A DNA stretch of 64,000 bases from an uncultured Bacteroidales bacterium (GCA_963717995.1 CAVQXX010000015.1:4613-68612), one strand, 5' to 3'; positions 22,531 through 33,371 are shown, numbered from the stretch's first letter. Translations and numbers: made by a program. The notes: generated by a model not told the origin, from the letters alone.

Positions 22531-25154
22531 ATGAAAAGAATCCTCTCCATATTAGGTGCATTCATCCTGGTTTCATCGACCGCCTTTGCCACCCACAACC
22601 GTGCCGGAGAGATTACTTTTAAGCTTATTTCAGGATACACCTACGAAGTTACCGTTACCACCTTCACCTTTACCCAAAGCGCTGCCAACCGGTCACAGCT
22701 TTCGGTGGAGTGGGGTGACAACTCGGCTTCCGTGGCCCCCCTGGTCAGTCGCACCGTATTACCCAATTACTATTATCATAATATTTATACCACACGGCAT
22801 ACCTTTCCGGGACCCGGGAATATACCAGATCCTGATGCAGGATCCCAACCGGAATTTCGGGATACAGAATATCCCCAATTCCGTGAATGTGGTTTTTTCC
22901 ATCAAGACTACTATGATCATCAGTCCCGAGATTGGCAATAACAATACCCCGGTTCTGCTCAATTTTCCCATTGACAAGGCTGCTCTTCACCATATCTTCA
23001 TCCATAATCCTTCTGCATACGACCCGGATGGCGACAGTCTGTCCTATAAGCTGACTGTATGTACGGGGCAGGACGGGAATCCCATTCCGAATTATGTTCT
23101 TCCCACCTTTAGCGACACATTTTATGTTGATCCCGTGGTAGGCGACCTCGTTTGGAACACACCCATCGATACGGGAAAATATAATGTCGCCATGAACATC
23201 GAGGAATGGCGCAACGGTGTGAAGATAGGGAACATTGTGCGCGACATGCAGATTGACGTGTTCAATACGACCAACAATCCGCCTGTTAATCCGCCGCTTC
23301 CTGATTTCTGTGTCACTGCCGGTGACCTGGTTGAATTTCAGATTACCAGTACCGATGCCGATCTCGATTCGGTAAGGCAAAAGGTGACGGGCGGTCCCTT
23401 TGTTGTAAAAGTCAGCCCGGCTGTCTTTACCCGGCTTGCCGCCGGAAGGGGTTTCACCACTTCCACATTCACATGGCAGACAACCTGTACCCATATCCGG
23501 AAACAGCCTTACCAGGTTACCCTGAAAAGTGAGGACAACAGCGGCGATATCAGTCTGGTGGATATCGACAATTTCCTGATCCGGGTTCTGGCTCCCGCCC
23601 CGGAAAATCTGAACTCGAGCGCCACCAGCACCGAAATAGATCTTTCGTGGAACAAGGCTGAATGCGGTCTTGTTATCAGGGTACAATATTTACAGGCGGG
23701 AAGGGGACTTTGATTTTGTTCCCGACAGCTGCGAGAATGGTGTGCCGTCTTCAACAGGATACCGCAAGATATTCACGGTGAGCGGCGCTTCAACTACAAC
23801 TTTTTCAGATGATAATAATGGCGAAGGACTTATCCAGGGAGTGCAGTATTGTTACCTGATCACTGCCATCTACCCTGACGGAAGTGAGAGTTTTGCATCG
23901 GACAAGACCTGTAATTCACTTGTCCCGGGATTTCCGGCCATATTGAACGTAAGCGTTACGAAAATCGGAGAAACCGATGGCAGTATTTTCCTGTCGTGGG
24001 CCAAACCCCGGAATTTTGATACCGTGGCAGCTCCCGGCCCATATGTTTTCAAAATTTTAAGGTCAACCACACCGCAACCTGCTGATTTTGTGGTGCTCGA
24101 TTCCATCGCAACTGCCGATCTGAATGATACCACCTACATTGATAGCCCGCTGAATACGCTGGTCTATCCCTATTATTACTCAATAAAAATGTACAACAAT
24201 ACACCGGGAAGACGTTTTGAAATGAGACCGGATGAAAGCGAAATTGCCTCTTCGCTGTACATTGATATTACCCCGGGCGATAATTCTCTTACCCTCGACA
24301 TTCGCAAAAAAACGCCCTGGATAAACACTCAGTATGTGATTTACCGGCAGAATTCCGCCCTTGGTTTTGATTCGATTGCCACATCGGATGTGAATAAATT
24401 TGTGGATACGGGTTTGAAAAACGGAGTGACCTACTGCTACCAGGTGAAAAGCATTGGCTGGCGGCCCATCGATAACGTGGTATTCAACAACACCAACATG
24501 TCCCATATCAATTGCGGCACCCCGGTAGACGTAACTCCTCCCTGCGCACCTATACTTAATGTGACGTCGCAGTGCGACAGTTCCCTGAATTTGCTTACCT
24601 GGACCAATCCCAACAGGACTTGTTCCAATGATGTGGTCAGATACAATATATATTTCTCGAGGGATATCAGTACACCGCCCGATTCGCTTACCAGTACTTT
24701 CTCTGCTGCCGATACCTTTTACTATCACCGGATGACGGAAGGAACCTTGCTGGCAGGCTGTTATACAGTGGAAGCCGTGGATTCATTTGAGAACAAGAGT
24801 CCCATGTCAAACCAGATGTGCGTGGATGATTGTATCATGTTTGAATTACCCAATGTGTTTACACCGAATGGCGATGGTATTAATGATTTGTTCGTGTCCA
24901 CCAACCTGAATGATGTGATCCAGATGGTGGATATGAAAATATTCAACCGTTGGGGGCAGCTGGTCTATGAAACCGATGATCCGGCCATAAACTGGGACGG
25001 GAGTTACAAGAAAACAGGTACCAAAGTGCCAAACGGGGTCTATTACTATATATGCGATGTATTTGAACCGCGCATGAGCGGAACAGAAGTCAGAGCACTT
25101 GTTGGTTTTATTCATCTTTATCAGGAAGGACATGCGGGCGAAATTACCAAATAG
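22531..25154 (+). CDS. T9SS type B (gliding-motility-associated C-terminal domain) protein with FN3 domains (frameshifts near 22815 and 23680)
   Basis: ATHNRAGEIT N-terminus, AYDPDGDSLSY, and type B CTD ELPNVFTPNGDGIND...IFNRWGQLVY...WDG...GVYYY. Confidence 0.87.
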
Positions 25155-26397
25155 GATCATTTTTATTTTAATTGCTGTTGCCCTGGTTTTTTCCCGGGGG
25201 GCTGAAGCCCAGACACCGGATGCCGGGTTACTGGCAGGGTGTGCCTATTACAGAAGCGGGGAATTTGCAAAGGCATTGGAAAGCCTTACTGTGGCTATAA
25301 GCCGGAATAATGCGGATGAAAGACTATTCCTTTACAGGGGACGAACGCTGCTCGAACTCAAGGATTATGAAAATGCCATCAGGGATTTTTCCGAGGCAAA
25401 TGAAATCATTCCGGGCATTGGTGACATCTGGCTGGCAAGGTCGAATGCCCTGGCCGGGAATGCTGACCAGGCGTTTATTTTCCTGAAAAGCCATCTTTCC
25501 TCCGATTTTCGCATACCTGAGGACAGTATCAAAAAAGATCCTGCATTTGAAAGCCTTCATGCCTCACAGGGATGGTATGCACTGTGGGAACAGGAGTGGT
25601 ATAACGACCAGGAGAAAGCCGCCAGGGAGGTTGCATATTACATGAAAAAGAGTCAGCCTGATAAGGCCATATCCCACATGGATGAGGAAATTACAAAATC
25701 CCAGGCCAGTCCGAAAATGTTTGCCCTTCGTGGAAAGATATACCTGGAACAGGGCAATTATGCTTCTGCCATTGCGGATTACACCACTGCTTTAAATATG
25801 GAAAAAAAGGGAGGTCAGGGCCAGCAGTTTTCCACCCTGAATCCGGAAGAAAGTCATTATTATAACCGGGCCCTGGCATTTTTAGGTGCCGGCCGTTTCA
25901 AGGATGCGCTGGCTGATTTTAACAAAGCCATGAGGGAATTCCCTGAAAATTTCGATGGCTATCTGAAGCGTGCCGAAGCTTATGCGGGTATGGAAAATTA
26001 TGAGTCGGCCAGGAAGGATGTACTTTTTTACCTGAATTATATTAAGAACGACCAGAAGGCCATTTTCCAGTGCGGGGAATATTATTATGATGGTGGTGAT
26101 TACATGAGCGCCCTGAAATACTTCAATATCAATCTGAAGGAGGATCCTGTAAATGGCCAGTACTTCAAGGCAAGGGGGAAGACCTATTTAAAAACCGCTA
26201 CCTACAAGTATGCGGTGAGTGATCTTTCCATGTCACTGGACCTTAATCCCGACGATGCCGAAACCTGGATGTTCCTGGGCCTGGCCAAGATCCAGAGCGG
26301 GGACAGGACCAACGGCTGCTCGGACCTCCAAAAGGCCCGGCAATTGGGGAATACGGAGGTGCTAAAGCATATTGTAGATAACTGCGAATCCCGGTAG
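25132..26397 (+). CDS. Tetratricopeptide repeat protein, secreted
   Basis: Signal peptide and many TPR-like helices (AIRDFSEA, AIADYTTA, ALADFNKA, GCSDLQKA). Confidence 0.85.
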   Translation: MRAKLPNRIIFILIAVALVFSRGAEAQTPDAGLLAGCAYYRSGEFAKALESLTVAISRNNADERLFLYRGRTLLELKDYENAIRDFSEANEIIPGIGDIWLARSNALAGNADQAFIFLKSHLSSDFRIPEDSIKKDPAFESLHASQGWYALWEQEWYNDQEKAAREVAYYMKKSQPDKAISHMDEEITKSQASPKMFALRGKIYLEQGNYASAIADYTTALNMEKKGGQGQQFSTLNPEESHYYNRALAFLGAGRFKDALADFNKAMREFPENFDGYLKRAEAYAGMENYESARKDVLFYLNYIKNDQKAIFQCGEYYYDGGDYMSALKYFNINLKEDPVNGQYFKARGKTYLKTATYKYAVSDLSMSLDLNPDDAETWMFLGLAKIQSGDRTNGCSDLQKARQLGNTEVLKHIVDNCESR

Positions 26398-26582
26398 GGA
26401 AATAATAAGATATCCCAAAATTTTAAGCAGAGTCTCAGAGTTTCGCAGAGAATTTACAAGAGATTGCCAAAAAATTTACACAGAGGGCCCAGAGTTGTAG
26501 TTTAGCGCGCTATAGATTTTTAGAGGACGCAGAGAAGAAATCTCATTGCATTCGATTTAACCGTTTCTGAGATTAGAAAAAT

Positions 26583-26665
26583 GGCCTCGGAGAGGCCTGA
26601 TTTCAATAACCGTGGGTGAGAACCCACGGAAAGTCAGTGAAACCCATCTCTTTGCCCGAAGGGCA
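26583..26665. repeat. REP-like multi-hairpin element
   Basis: Three stems: ggcctc-gga-gaggcc, ccgtgggt-gaga-acccacgg and tgccc-gaa-gggca. Confidence 0.6.
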
Positions 26666-26700
26666 TAGGGTTTGGTGAGAAATAAAGCTAATCATTGATA

Positions 26701-27027
26701 TTATAGAACTGAGTTACGCAGCGTTTTCAGTTCTTTATCAGATATATCCTCTTTTTCAGATTTGTCATAAATGGTAAGCAGGTGTACTTCGGTATCTTCA
26801 ATCAGTAAGCAGGTTATCACCCTTGCACCGCCTGATTTGCCTTTGCGTTTAGAGGAAATAGCCAGGCGTATTTTAAAACAGTCTTTTCCAAGTGATTTGC
26901 CTTGCGTTGGGTTCTGTTCAAGGCTTTCTATAAGGGCCTCAATATCGGTTTTTAATGAAGTATACTTTTTAGCCAGGCGTTTGGCTTCTTTGCGAAAATT
27001 CTCTGTAAATAAAACATTATAGCTCAT
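26701..27027 (-). CDS. Type II toxin, RelE/ParE (HigB-2-like) family
   Basis: FRKEAKRLAKKY...KIRLAISSKRKGKSGGARVI...LLTIYDKSE. Confidence 0.88.
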   Translation of the reverse strand: MSYNVLFTENFRKEAKRLAKKYTSLKTDIEALIESLEQNPTQGKSLGKDCFKIRLAISSKRKGKSGGARVITCLLIEDTEVHLLTIYDKSEKEDISDKELKTLRNSVL

Positions 27028-27250
27028 GGAGCAGTTCCCTGGCCGGTTTTAATTTAATTTTCCCTTCCCGGTGCAGTTTTACTTCATCAAATGCATTTTT
27101 AAGGCCTTCCAATATCTCTGCTTTTGTTGGTTCCTGGTAATCCAGTTCAACCAACCCGGAAAGGTGTTTTTGTAATATCTTCCAGTCGTCAATAGGGATG
27201 AACACCCCTGTTTTATTCCCTTTATTATCGGATATATATTGCAAGTTCAT
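27017..27250 (-). CDS. Putative antitoxin
   Basis: 77 aa directly upstream of and overlapping the toxin; QYISDNKGNKTGVFIPIDDW and ends ARELLHEL. Confidence 0.75.
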   Translation of the reverse strand: MNLQYISDNKGNKTGVFIPIDDWKILQKHLSGLVELDYQEPTKAEILEGLKNAFDEVKLHREGKIKLKPARELLHEL

Positions 27251-27426
27251 GCCTGGTGTTTATATTTGGCTGCCATCTCAACAGAAGAGGCATTTTAGTT
27301 GCGTTAATAATGTTAAACTAAAATATGTGACTTTACTGCATTTAACGCAAATGTAGTAAAAAGATGATTATAAATATCACAGATATTATTTGTTTGAAAG
27401 GAAACAAGTTATGCTTTTGGCATACA

Positions 27427-28200
27427 TTAATGAATATTTTTCCTCAGCCCGTTCAGAAACTTTCTCATTTTATAGGTATCCTTTTCCTTTATGATTTCCC
27501 GAAGGTGTTCGAGCTCGCTGCCGATTTTTTCGATTTGCTCGAGGGTAAAGGGACTGAACATAATTTCCGACAACAGGAAATCATCTTCTGAAAAAAGGCC
27601 CTTTGCAATTTCCTGGTGCTTTTTGAAGGTGGTTCCCGGCGCTTCCTGTTTTTTCATGCAGGCTGCAAACACCATGGTGGAGGCAAATGGTATGGCCAGC
27701 GAATAAGCGATAGTCTGGTCATGTTCAGTAAAAGAATAATCAAATATGTTGAGATTGAAGGAACTGTAAAACTTCCTGAAAAAGGCCTTTCCTTCTTCAT
27801 CTGATTCCCGGATGATTATCGCACTCTGTCCCGTCAGATCCTTGATATTTGCAAAGGTGGGTCCAAACATAGGGTGTGTTGAAACAAAGCGGAATCCCGA
27901 TTCCGGGTAAAACTTCTGCAATCCGTTTTTCACGGAAGTGATGTCGGCCAGAATACAGTCCTTTCGCAACCAGGGGAGGATCTCACCAAATACCTGCACT
28001 GTGCTCTCCAGACTTACCGCGTTGATCACCATATCAGGATCAAACTCCCTGATCTCTTCGGGAGAAACCAGTTTAACCGTATTGAAAAAATATTTGAGAC
28101 GGGTAAGATCATTGTCATAGGCTGCCACTTCATAATCCAGGCATAACGATTCAATCAGCCATGATCCCATTTTCCCTGCGCCTGCTACGAGTATTTTCAT
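27427..28200 (-). CDS. tyrA: Prephenate dehydrogenase
   Basis: GAGKMG Rossmann motif, DITSVK, STHPMFGP and EHDQTIAYSL. Confidence 0.92.
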   Translation of the reverse strand: MKILVAGAGKMGSWLIESLCLDYEVAAYDNDLTRLKYFFNTVKLVSPEEIREFDPDMVINAVSLESTVQVFGEILPWLRKDCILADITSVKNGLQKFYPESGFRFVSTHPMFGPTFANIKDLTGQSAIIIRESDEEGKAFFRKFYSSFNLNIFDYSFTEHDQTIAYSLAIPFASTMVFAACMKKQEAPGTTFKKHQEIAKGLFSEDDFLLSEIMFSPFTLEQIEKIGSELEHLREIIKEKDTYKMRKFLNGLRKNIH

Positions 28201-28250
28201 TCTGTGTTAGTTATTTATTAAATTGACTGATGATTTGAATGTTTAATATT

Positions 28251-28294
28251 TAATGTGCTAATATGCTAATGTGCTAATGTGCTAATGTGCTAAT
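28251..28294. repeat. Tandem octamer array (TAATGTGC) x5.5
   Basis: Read directly; one copy is TAATATGC. Confidence 0.9.
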
Positions 28295-28382
28295 TGGCTG
28301 ACTGCACACTTTCCACCGTTATCTACCGATTACCGAATACCGTCCACCCCCCTGCCCCCGCCAGCGGAGGACATCATCCATA

Positions 28383-29372
28383 TTATAATCTCCTGCCAAC
28401 AATACCCTCCTGTATCATAAAATCGGCCAGTACAATAGCGGTGGCGGCTTCAACGACGACAGGAACCCGAAGTGCGATGCAGGTATCATGACGGCCTTCA
28501 ATCTCCAGGTCGATCATCTCACCGGTTTTTGTATTTATCGTTCTTTGTTTCTGGTGGGTGCTGGATGTTGGTTTCACTGCAACCCTTACCACCAGGTCAT
28601 TTCCGTTGCTGATGCCGCCGTTGATCCCCCCGGCATAATTGGTAGACGTCTTTCCTTCTACCGATATGAATTTATCATTGTGCTCACTGCCCCACATTTT
28701 TGCAGCAGCGAAACCGGATCCGAATTCAACGCCTTTGATCGCAGGAATTGAAAACAGCATGTGGCTGAGGACCGATTCTACCGAATCAAAAAAGGGTTCT
28801 CCCAATCCAACCGGCATATGGGTGGCTGTGCATTCGACAATCCCTCCCAGGCTGTCCTGCTTTTCTACGGCCAGGTCAATGGCTTCTTCAATATTGGGAT
28901 TCCCGCCTACCTCCAGTATCCGGGCCCCGACTTCCACCGGTCCGATCAGTTTTTTCGCAATCACCCCTGCAGCTACAAGCGCCAGCGTGAGCCTTCCCGA
29001 GAAGTGGCCACCTCCCCGGTAATCTTCATAACCTCCGAATTTTTTGGTGGCCACAAAATCTGCATGTCCGGGACGGGGCGTATCGTGCAGTGCAGCATAG
29101 TCGCGTGAACGGGTGTTTGTGTTTTCAAAAAAAATGGTCAGCGGCGCGCCTGTAGTATGATCATTAAAAACACCGCTCATGATGCGGGGAATATCAGCTT
29201 CTTTCCTGGGCGTGGTGCCTTTTGCCCCACTCCGGCGCCGGTTGAAATCCGCCTCGAAATCGGAAAATACAAGGGGCAATCCTGCAGGGCAACCGTCAAT
29301 TATAACGCCCACGCTTGTGCCATGCGATTCACCGAAGACACTTATCCGGAATATTTTACCAAAAGAATTCAT
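28383..29372 (-). CDS. aroC: Chorismate synthase
   Basis: FGESHG, PRPGHAD, GGGHFSGR, GGINGGISNG, KPTSS and GRHDTCI. Confidence 0.97.
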   Translation of the reverse strand: MNSFGKIFRISVFGESHGTSVGVIIDGCPAGLPLVFSDFEADFNRRRSGAKGTTPRKEADIPRIMSGVFNDHTTGAPLTIFFENTNTRSRDYAALHDTPRPGHADFVATKKFGGYEDYRGGGHFSGRLTLALVAAGVIAKKLIGPVEVGARILEVGGNPNIEEAIDLAVEKQDSLGGIVECTATHMPVGLGEPFFDSVESVLSHMLFSIPAIKGVEFGSGFAAAKMWGSEHNDKFISVEGKTSTNYAGGINGGISNGNDLVVRVAVKPTSSTHQKQRTINTKTGEMIDLEIEGRHDTCIALRVPVVVEAATAIVLADFMIQEGIVGRRL

Positions 29373-29376
29373 AGAT

Positions 29377-30016
29377 TTAGATTTGCATTATCTCCAGGAT
29401 GTATTGATTCAACTTGTCATAACTGATTTGTCCGGGTGCGGTGATACTGTCATCAGTTAAAGCCGCATAGGTAAATTCCGCACCCAGGAAAGGTGCCACA
29501 ATACGGCTGATCTTGCCCAGTTCACCCATGCCAATGGCAACGAGTCGGCCGGGGGCCTTGTAAAGCGACAATATTTTGGAATTATCCCTGTTCACCCTTA
29601 CCATGGTGGCAATTTTGGCTATATCGGCTCCGAGTTCAAAGCATTTATGCATTATCTTTTCAAGTTCATTGAGCTCCGGCGTCATTTCATAATTATGATA
29701 TGAAATGATCACATCACATTGATGGACATGTGCAAATTCACTCAATGTCATTCCTGAAATTATCATCCGCTTCATATTCAATGTCAACGTATGTAGCCCC
29801 GGATTCGATGGCCAGTTTCAGCTTGTTAATTCGTTCTGACCGGGAATATTTGCCTGGCCTGCAGGTGGCAATCAGCTTTTTTCGTGCCGAAAATATTTTT
29901 ATAATGTCATTATCGGACAATTCTGCCAGATCGATCCGTATTTCAGCCATATCAACTTTTTCAAGTATTTCAAGGCAAACATTCGGATCTTTTTCAGCCA
30001 GACTAACGCAAATCAT
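29377..30016 (-). CDS. aroD: Type I 3-dehydroquinate dehydratase (frameshift near 29740)
   Basis: EIRID, IATCR, YVDIE, IISYHN, DIAKIA, GMGELGKISR and TAPGQ. Confidence 0.9.
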
Positions 30017-31031
30017 ACACCAGGTTTTCAAGTTGTTCAATTGATATTTTATGGATCAGCGCATTGCCGATCTTATTGAGCAGGATCAGGTGCATATAAT
30101 CACCCTCCTTCTTTTTGTCTTTTTTCATGGCCTTCAAAACCAGCCGCAGATCAGCATTCGATGTATCAGGAAGTCCAAAATGACGTATCAGGCCGGAAAT
30201 CCGCAATGATTCAGGCTGTGAAAGAAAGCCCAGCTTCACTGAAAGTGTTGTGGCCAGGATCATTCCGATTGAAACGGCCTCTCCGTGAAGCATGCCTGTC
30301 ATGTGTTCCAAAGCATGGGCAAATGTATGACCAAAATTCAATTTTTTGCGTTCTCCTTTTTCCCGTTCGTCGGTTTCAACAACATTTGCCTTGATGGAAA
30401 CCGAATCGTGGATCAGTTTTTCAAGTACATCCGGTTTTTGTTTCAGGGCATCGGCATAATGATCCTCGAGATAGGCAAACAATTTGGCATCCTTGATGGC
30501 AGCAGCCTTGATGATTTCAGAAAATCCGGATTTAAATTCCCGGTCATCCAGTGATTGGAGCATGGAAGTATCGCAAATCACAAATTCAGGTTGGTTGAAT
30601 ACTCCGATCATGTTTTTATATCCCCTGAAATTGACCCCGTTTTTACCACCGACGCTGGCATCCACCTGTGAAAGAAGGGTAGTGGAGACAAAGCCGAACC
30701 GCAGTCCGCGCATATATATCGAAGCGGCAAATCCGCAGACATCACATACAATACCTCCACCAATCCCCACGATGAATGTCGACCGGTCGGCCTCGAATTC
30801 AACCAGCTTGTCAAAGATCAGCTGCAGGGTTTCGAGCGTCTTGTGTTTTTCCCCGAGGCCGATTGAAATTACGGGGAAATCTCCAAAAGAAGCACCATAC
30901 AATGTAAGGATATTGTCATCTGTGATGAGTATGGTTTTGCCTGCAGGGATGTAGCGGCCCAGACTCCCCAGTTTCTCACCGATGAGTATCTTTGAGGTTT
31001 TTGAGTCTGTATGGATTGTTATCGTTTGCAT
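30003..31031 (-). CDS. aroB: 3-dehydroquinate synthase
   Basis: GGGIVCD, TTLLSQVDASVGGKNG, LNFGHTFAHALE and HGEAVSIG. Confidence 0.97.
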   Translation of the reverse strand: MQTITIHTDSKTSKILIGEKLGSLGRYIPAGKTILITDDNILTLYGASFGDFPVISIGLGEKHKTLETLQLIFDKLVEFEADRSTFIVGIGGGIVCDVCGFAASIYMRGLRFGFVSTTLLSQVDASVGGKNGVNFRGYKNMIGVFNQPEFVICDTSMLQSLDDREFKSGFSEIIKAAAIKDAKLFAYLEDHYADALKQKPDVLEKLIHDSVSIKANVVETDEREKGERKKLNFGHTFAHALEHMTGMLHGEAVSIGMILATTLSVKLGFLSQPESLRISGLIRHFGLPDTSNADLRLVLKAMKKDKKKEGDYMHLILLNKIGNALIHKISIEQLENLVYDLR

Positions 31032-31059
31032 TGTATGGTTAAAGGTACATATTTTATCG

Positions 31060-31129
31060 CTACCCGGGTTTTACCCGGGGTTATTAGCAAATTGAATCCT
31101 TCGGGATTTTACCCGCCAGCGGGGGACAT
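31060..31129. repeat. REP-like hairpin cluster between the DAHPS/CM gene and aroB
   Basis: cccgggt-ttt-acccggg, aatcc-ttcg-ggatt and cccgccagcgggggacat. Confidence 0.6.
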
Positions 31130-31137
31130 TGTCACCA

Positions 31138-32226
31138 TTAAACGTTCATCACTTTCGTCTGGTGGTTGATGGATTCTTCGTGAATGGCACGGAAAACCTT
31201 GATAATAAATTCCTCGCTCAGTCCTTTTTTGGCAGCCTGGTCAATGCGGTTGCGAAGCAGCTCATCCCACCGGCTTGTCTGCAGGATGGTGATGTTGTTC
31301 TGCTTTTTGTATTCTCCGATTTTCCGGGCAACAGCCATACGGTAGTCAAAGATCTCCATGATCTTGTCGTCGTATTTATCGATTTCATGCCGCAGATCCT
31401 CCAGGGTTGATACCAGCACATTGTTGGTGCCGATGTCGGGATGACGCAGGATGAGTCGCTTGATCAGCTTGTTCAGGTTTTCGGGAGTCAGCTGCTGCTG
31501 GGCATCACTCAGCGCCTGGTCGGGGTTGCAATGTGTTTCAACGATAAGCCCGTCGAAGTCAAGGTCCATCGCCCGCTGGGATATCTCGAAAAGCAATTCA
31601 CGGCTTCCGCAGATATGGCTGGGATCAGTGAGTATGGGCAATCCCGGGATCAGCCTTTTCAGTTCGATGGGGATTTCCCATTGCGGATTATTGCGGTACA
31701 TTGTTTTGCTGTATGTTGAAAATCCCCTGTGAATGGCTGCCAGTTTTGTGATGCCTGCCCTGTTCAACCGTTCAAAGGCACCGATCCATAGTTCAACATC
31801 GGGATTGATCGGATTTTTGATCAGAACCGGCACATCAACACCACGCAGGGAATCAGCAATTTCCTGCACGGCAAACGGATTGGCTGTGGTCCTGGCACCG
31901 AGCCAGATGATATCGATCCCTGCCTTAAGCGAATCATACACATGTTTTACATTGGCCACCTCGGTGGCAGTATACATTCCGAGTTCCTGCTTTACCTTCT
32001 GCAGCCAGGGAAGGCCTTCTTTGCCCACTCCTTCGAAAGCGTCGGGACGGGTACGCGGTTTCCAGAGTCCGGCCCTGAAAATATGAACGCCGTAACCCTT
32101 CAGCTGGCGGGCGGTGTCCATCACCTGCTCCTCGGTTTCGGCACTGCAGGGACCGGCCATCATCAAAGGCTTTTCAGTGGGCACGCCTTTGAATTCGAAC
32201 TTATCTAATTTTAATTCTACTTTCAT
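31138..32226 (-). CDS. Bifunctional DAHP synthase / chorismate mutase type II
   Basis: AGPCSAE, WKPRTRP, GARTTANPF and DPSHI, followed by a C-terminal CM (LEDLRHEID...IGEYKKQNN...HEESI). Confidence 0.95.
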   Translation of the reverse strand: MKVELKLDKFEFKGVPTEKPLMMAGPCSAETEEQVMDTARQLKGYGVHIFRAGLWKPRTRPDAFEGVGKEGLPWLQKVKQELGMYTATEVANVKHVYDSLKAGIDIIWLGARTTANPFAVQEIADSLRGVDVPVLIKNPINPDVELWIGAFERLNRAGITKLAAIHRGFSTYSKTMYRNNPQWEIPIELKRLIPGLPILTDPSHICGSRELLFEISQRAMDLDFDGLIVETHCNPDQALSDAQQQLTPENLNKLIKRLILRHPDIGTNNVLVSTLEDLRHEIDKYDDKIMEIFDYRMAVARKIGEYKKQNNITILQTSRWDELLRNRIDQAAKKGLSEEFIIKVFRAIHEESINHQTKVMNV

Positions 32227-32228
32227 AA

Positions 32229-33098
32229 TTATTCCAATATTGATTTTCCTTTTGCATATTCACCCATTATTTGCAGATCGCGTGTGAAAGGTTTGATCGC
32301 TTCAATGGCTTGTTTATAGTGAGTATAATTGTCGATTTCAATGTCGATGAAAAACTGGTATTCCCAATCCTTGCCAACGATCGGCATGGATTGAACCTTT
32401 GCCAGGTTGATGTCATAAAATGAAAGGATAGACAGAACCTTTGACAATCCGCCGATTTTATGAGCCAGTGCAAAAGTCATGGAAGCCTTGTTGATATCCG
32501 GAGTTACCCCGGAGACGCCGTTTTTACCTTTGAGGATCAGGAACCGGGTATAATTCATCTTATGGGTTTCAATCCCTTCTGCGATGATCTCAAGGTTATA
32601 TTTATGGGCAGCCTGGGAAGAGGATATGGCACCGGCTCCCATAGTTTTGTTGTCTGCGATCTCCTTGGCCGACAGGGCAGTATCCATGCTGTCGATGAGG
32701 ACGATCCGCGGATGGTCATCGAAAAACCGCTGGCATTGCAGAATGGCCATGGGGTGGGAGCGTACTTCCTTAATATCCTTGATCGTTTGCCCCGGCATGG
32801 CCACCAGGTTCTGTTTGATGCGAAGGTAGATCTCGCCCACAATGCTAAGTTTTGATTCAAGCAAGAGTGTATAGTTGGGGAGGATACTTCCTGCAATTGA
32901 GTTTTCAATGGCTGTGATACCGAAGTCTACCTGTCCCTGTTTCAGGGCCTTGAAAAGATCCTTGAAGGTATTCCTGGGTACGATCTCGATGTCTTCATTT
33001 TCAAAATAACGATTGGCCGCAATTTCATGAAAGGCACCATATCCGCCCTGGATGGCAATGTGCTTTGTTATTTCGGCAGCTTTCCGATTTTGTTCCAT
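32229..33098 (-). CDS. pheA: Prephenate dehydratase
   Basis: IAIQG..GAFH, AIENSIAGS, SHPMAILQC, NYTRFL and a C-terminal ACT domain. Confidence 0.95.
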   Translation of the reverse strand: MEQNRKAAEITKHIAIQGGYGAFHEIAANRYFENEDIEIVPRNTFKDLFKALKQGQVDFGITAIENSIAGSILPNYTLLLESKLSIVGEIYLRIKQNLVAMPGQTIKDIKEVRSHPMAILQCQRFFDDHPRIVLIDSMDTALSAKEIADNKTMGAGAISSSQAAHKYNLEIIAEGIETHKMNYTRFLILKGKNGVSGVTPDINKASMTFALAHKIGGLSKVLSILSFYDINLAKVQSMPIVGKDWEYQFFIDIEIDNYTHYKQAIEAIKPFTRDLQIMGEYAKGKSILE

Positions 33099-33127
33099 TT
33101 TGAAATATATTAATTGTCCATATGTTC

Positions 33128-33163
33128 AAAAAAAAAGGGTCCCACTTTTCAGGGGACCCTTTT
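33128..33163 (-). terminator. Attenuator terminator upstream of pheA
   Basis: The minus-strand RNA AAAAGGGUCCC-CUGAAAAGU-GGGACCCUUUU forms a hairpin ending in a run of 9 U. Confidence 0.88.
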
Positions 33164-33199
33164 GATATAATATCAATTTATTATACAAATAAAGTCCCT

Positions 33200-33259
33200 T
33201 CAGGTTTTCCAAAAATAAAAGTAAAAGAAGAAGTAAACTTTATTTGACAGATTGTTCAT
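33200..33259 (-). CDS. Aromatic amino-acid attenuation leader peptide MNNLSNKVYFFFYFYFWKT
   Basis: 19-aa ORF with nine consecutive Tyr/Phe/Trp codons, directly upstream of the terminator and pheA. Confidence 0.88.
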   Translation of the reverse strand: MNNLSNKVYFFFYFYFWKT

Positions 33260-33281
33260 GGTTGTTGTCTTGTTTGAATTG

Positions 33282-33289
33282 CAAATATA
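33282..33289 (-). promoter_or_regulatory. Bacteroidota -7 promoter element for the leader/aromatic operon
   Basis: TATATTTG on the minus strand (TAnnTTTG), 22 nt before the leader ATG. Confidence 0.6.
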
Positions 33290-33371
33290 TGCAAAAAATC
33301 AGATAAAAGTGAAAAACGTTAAACAAAAATGATAAATGTCATTTTAACCACAGAGTCACTAAGACTCGAGA

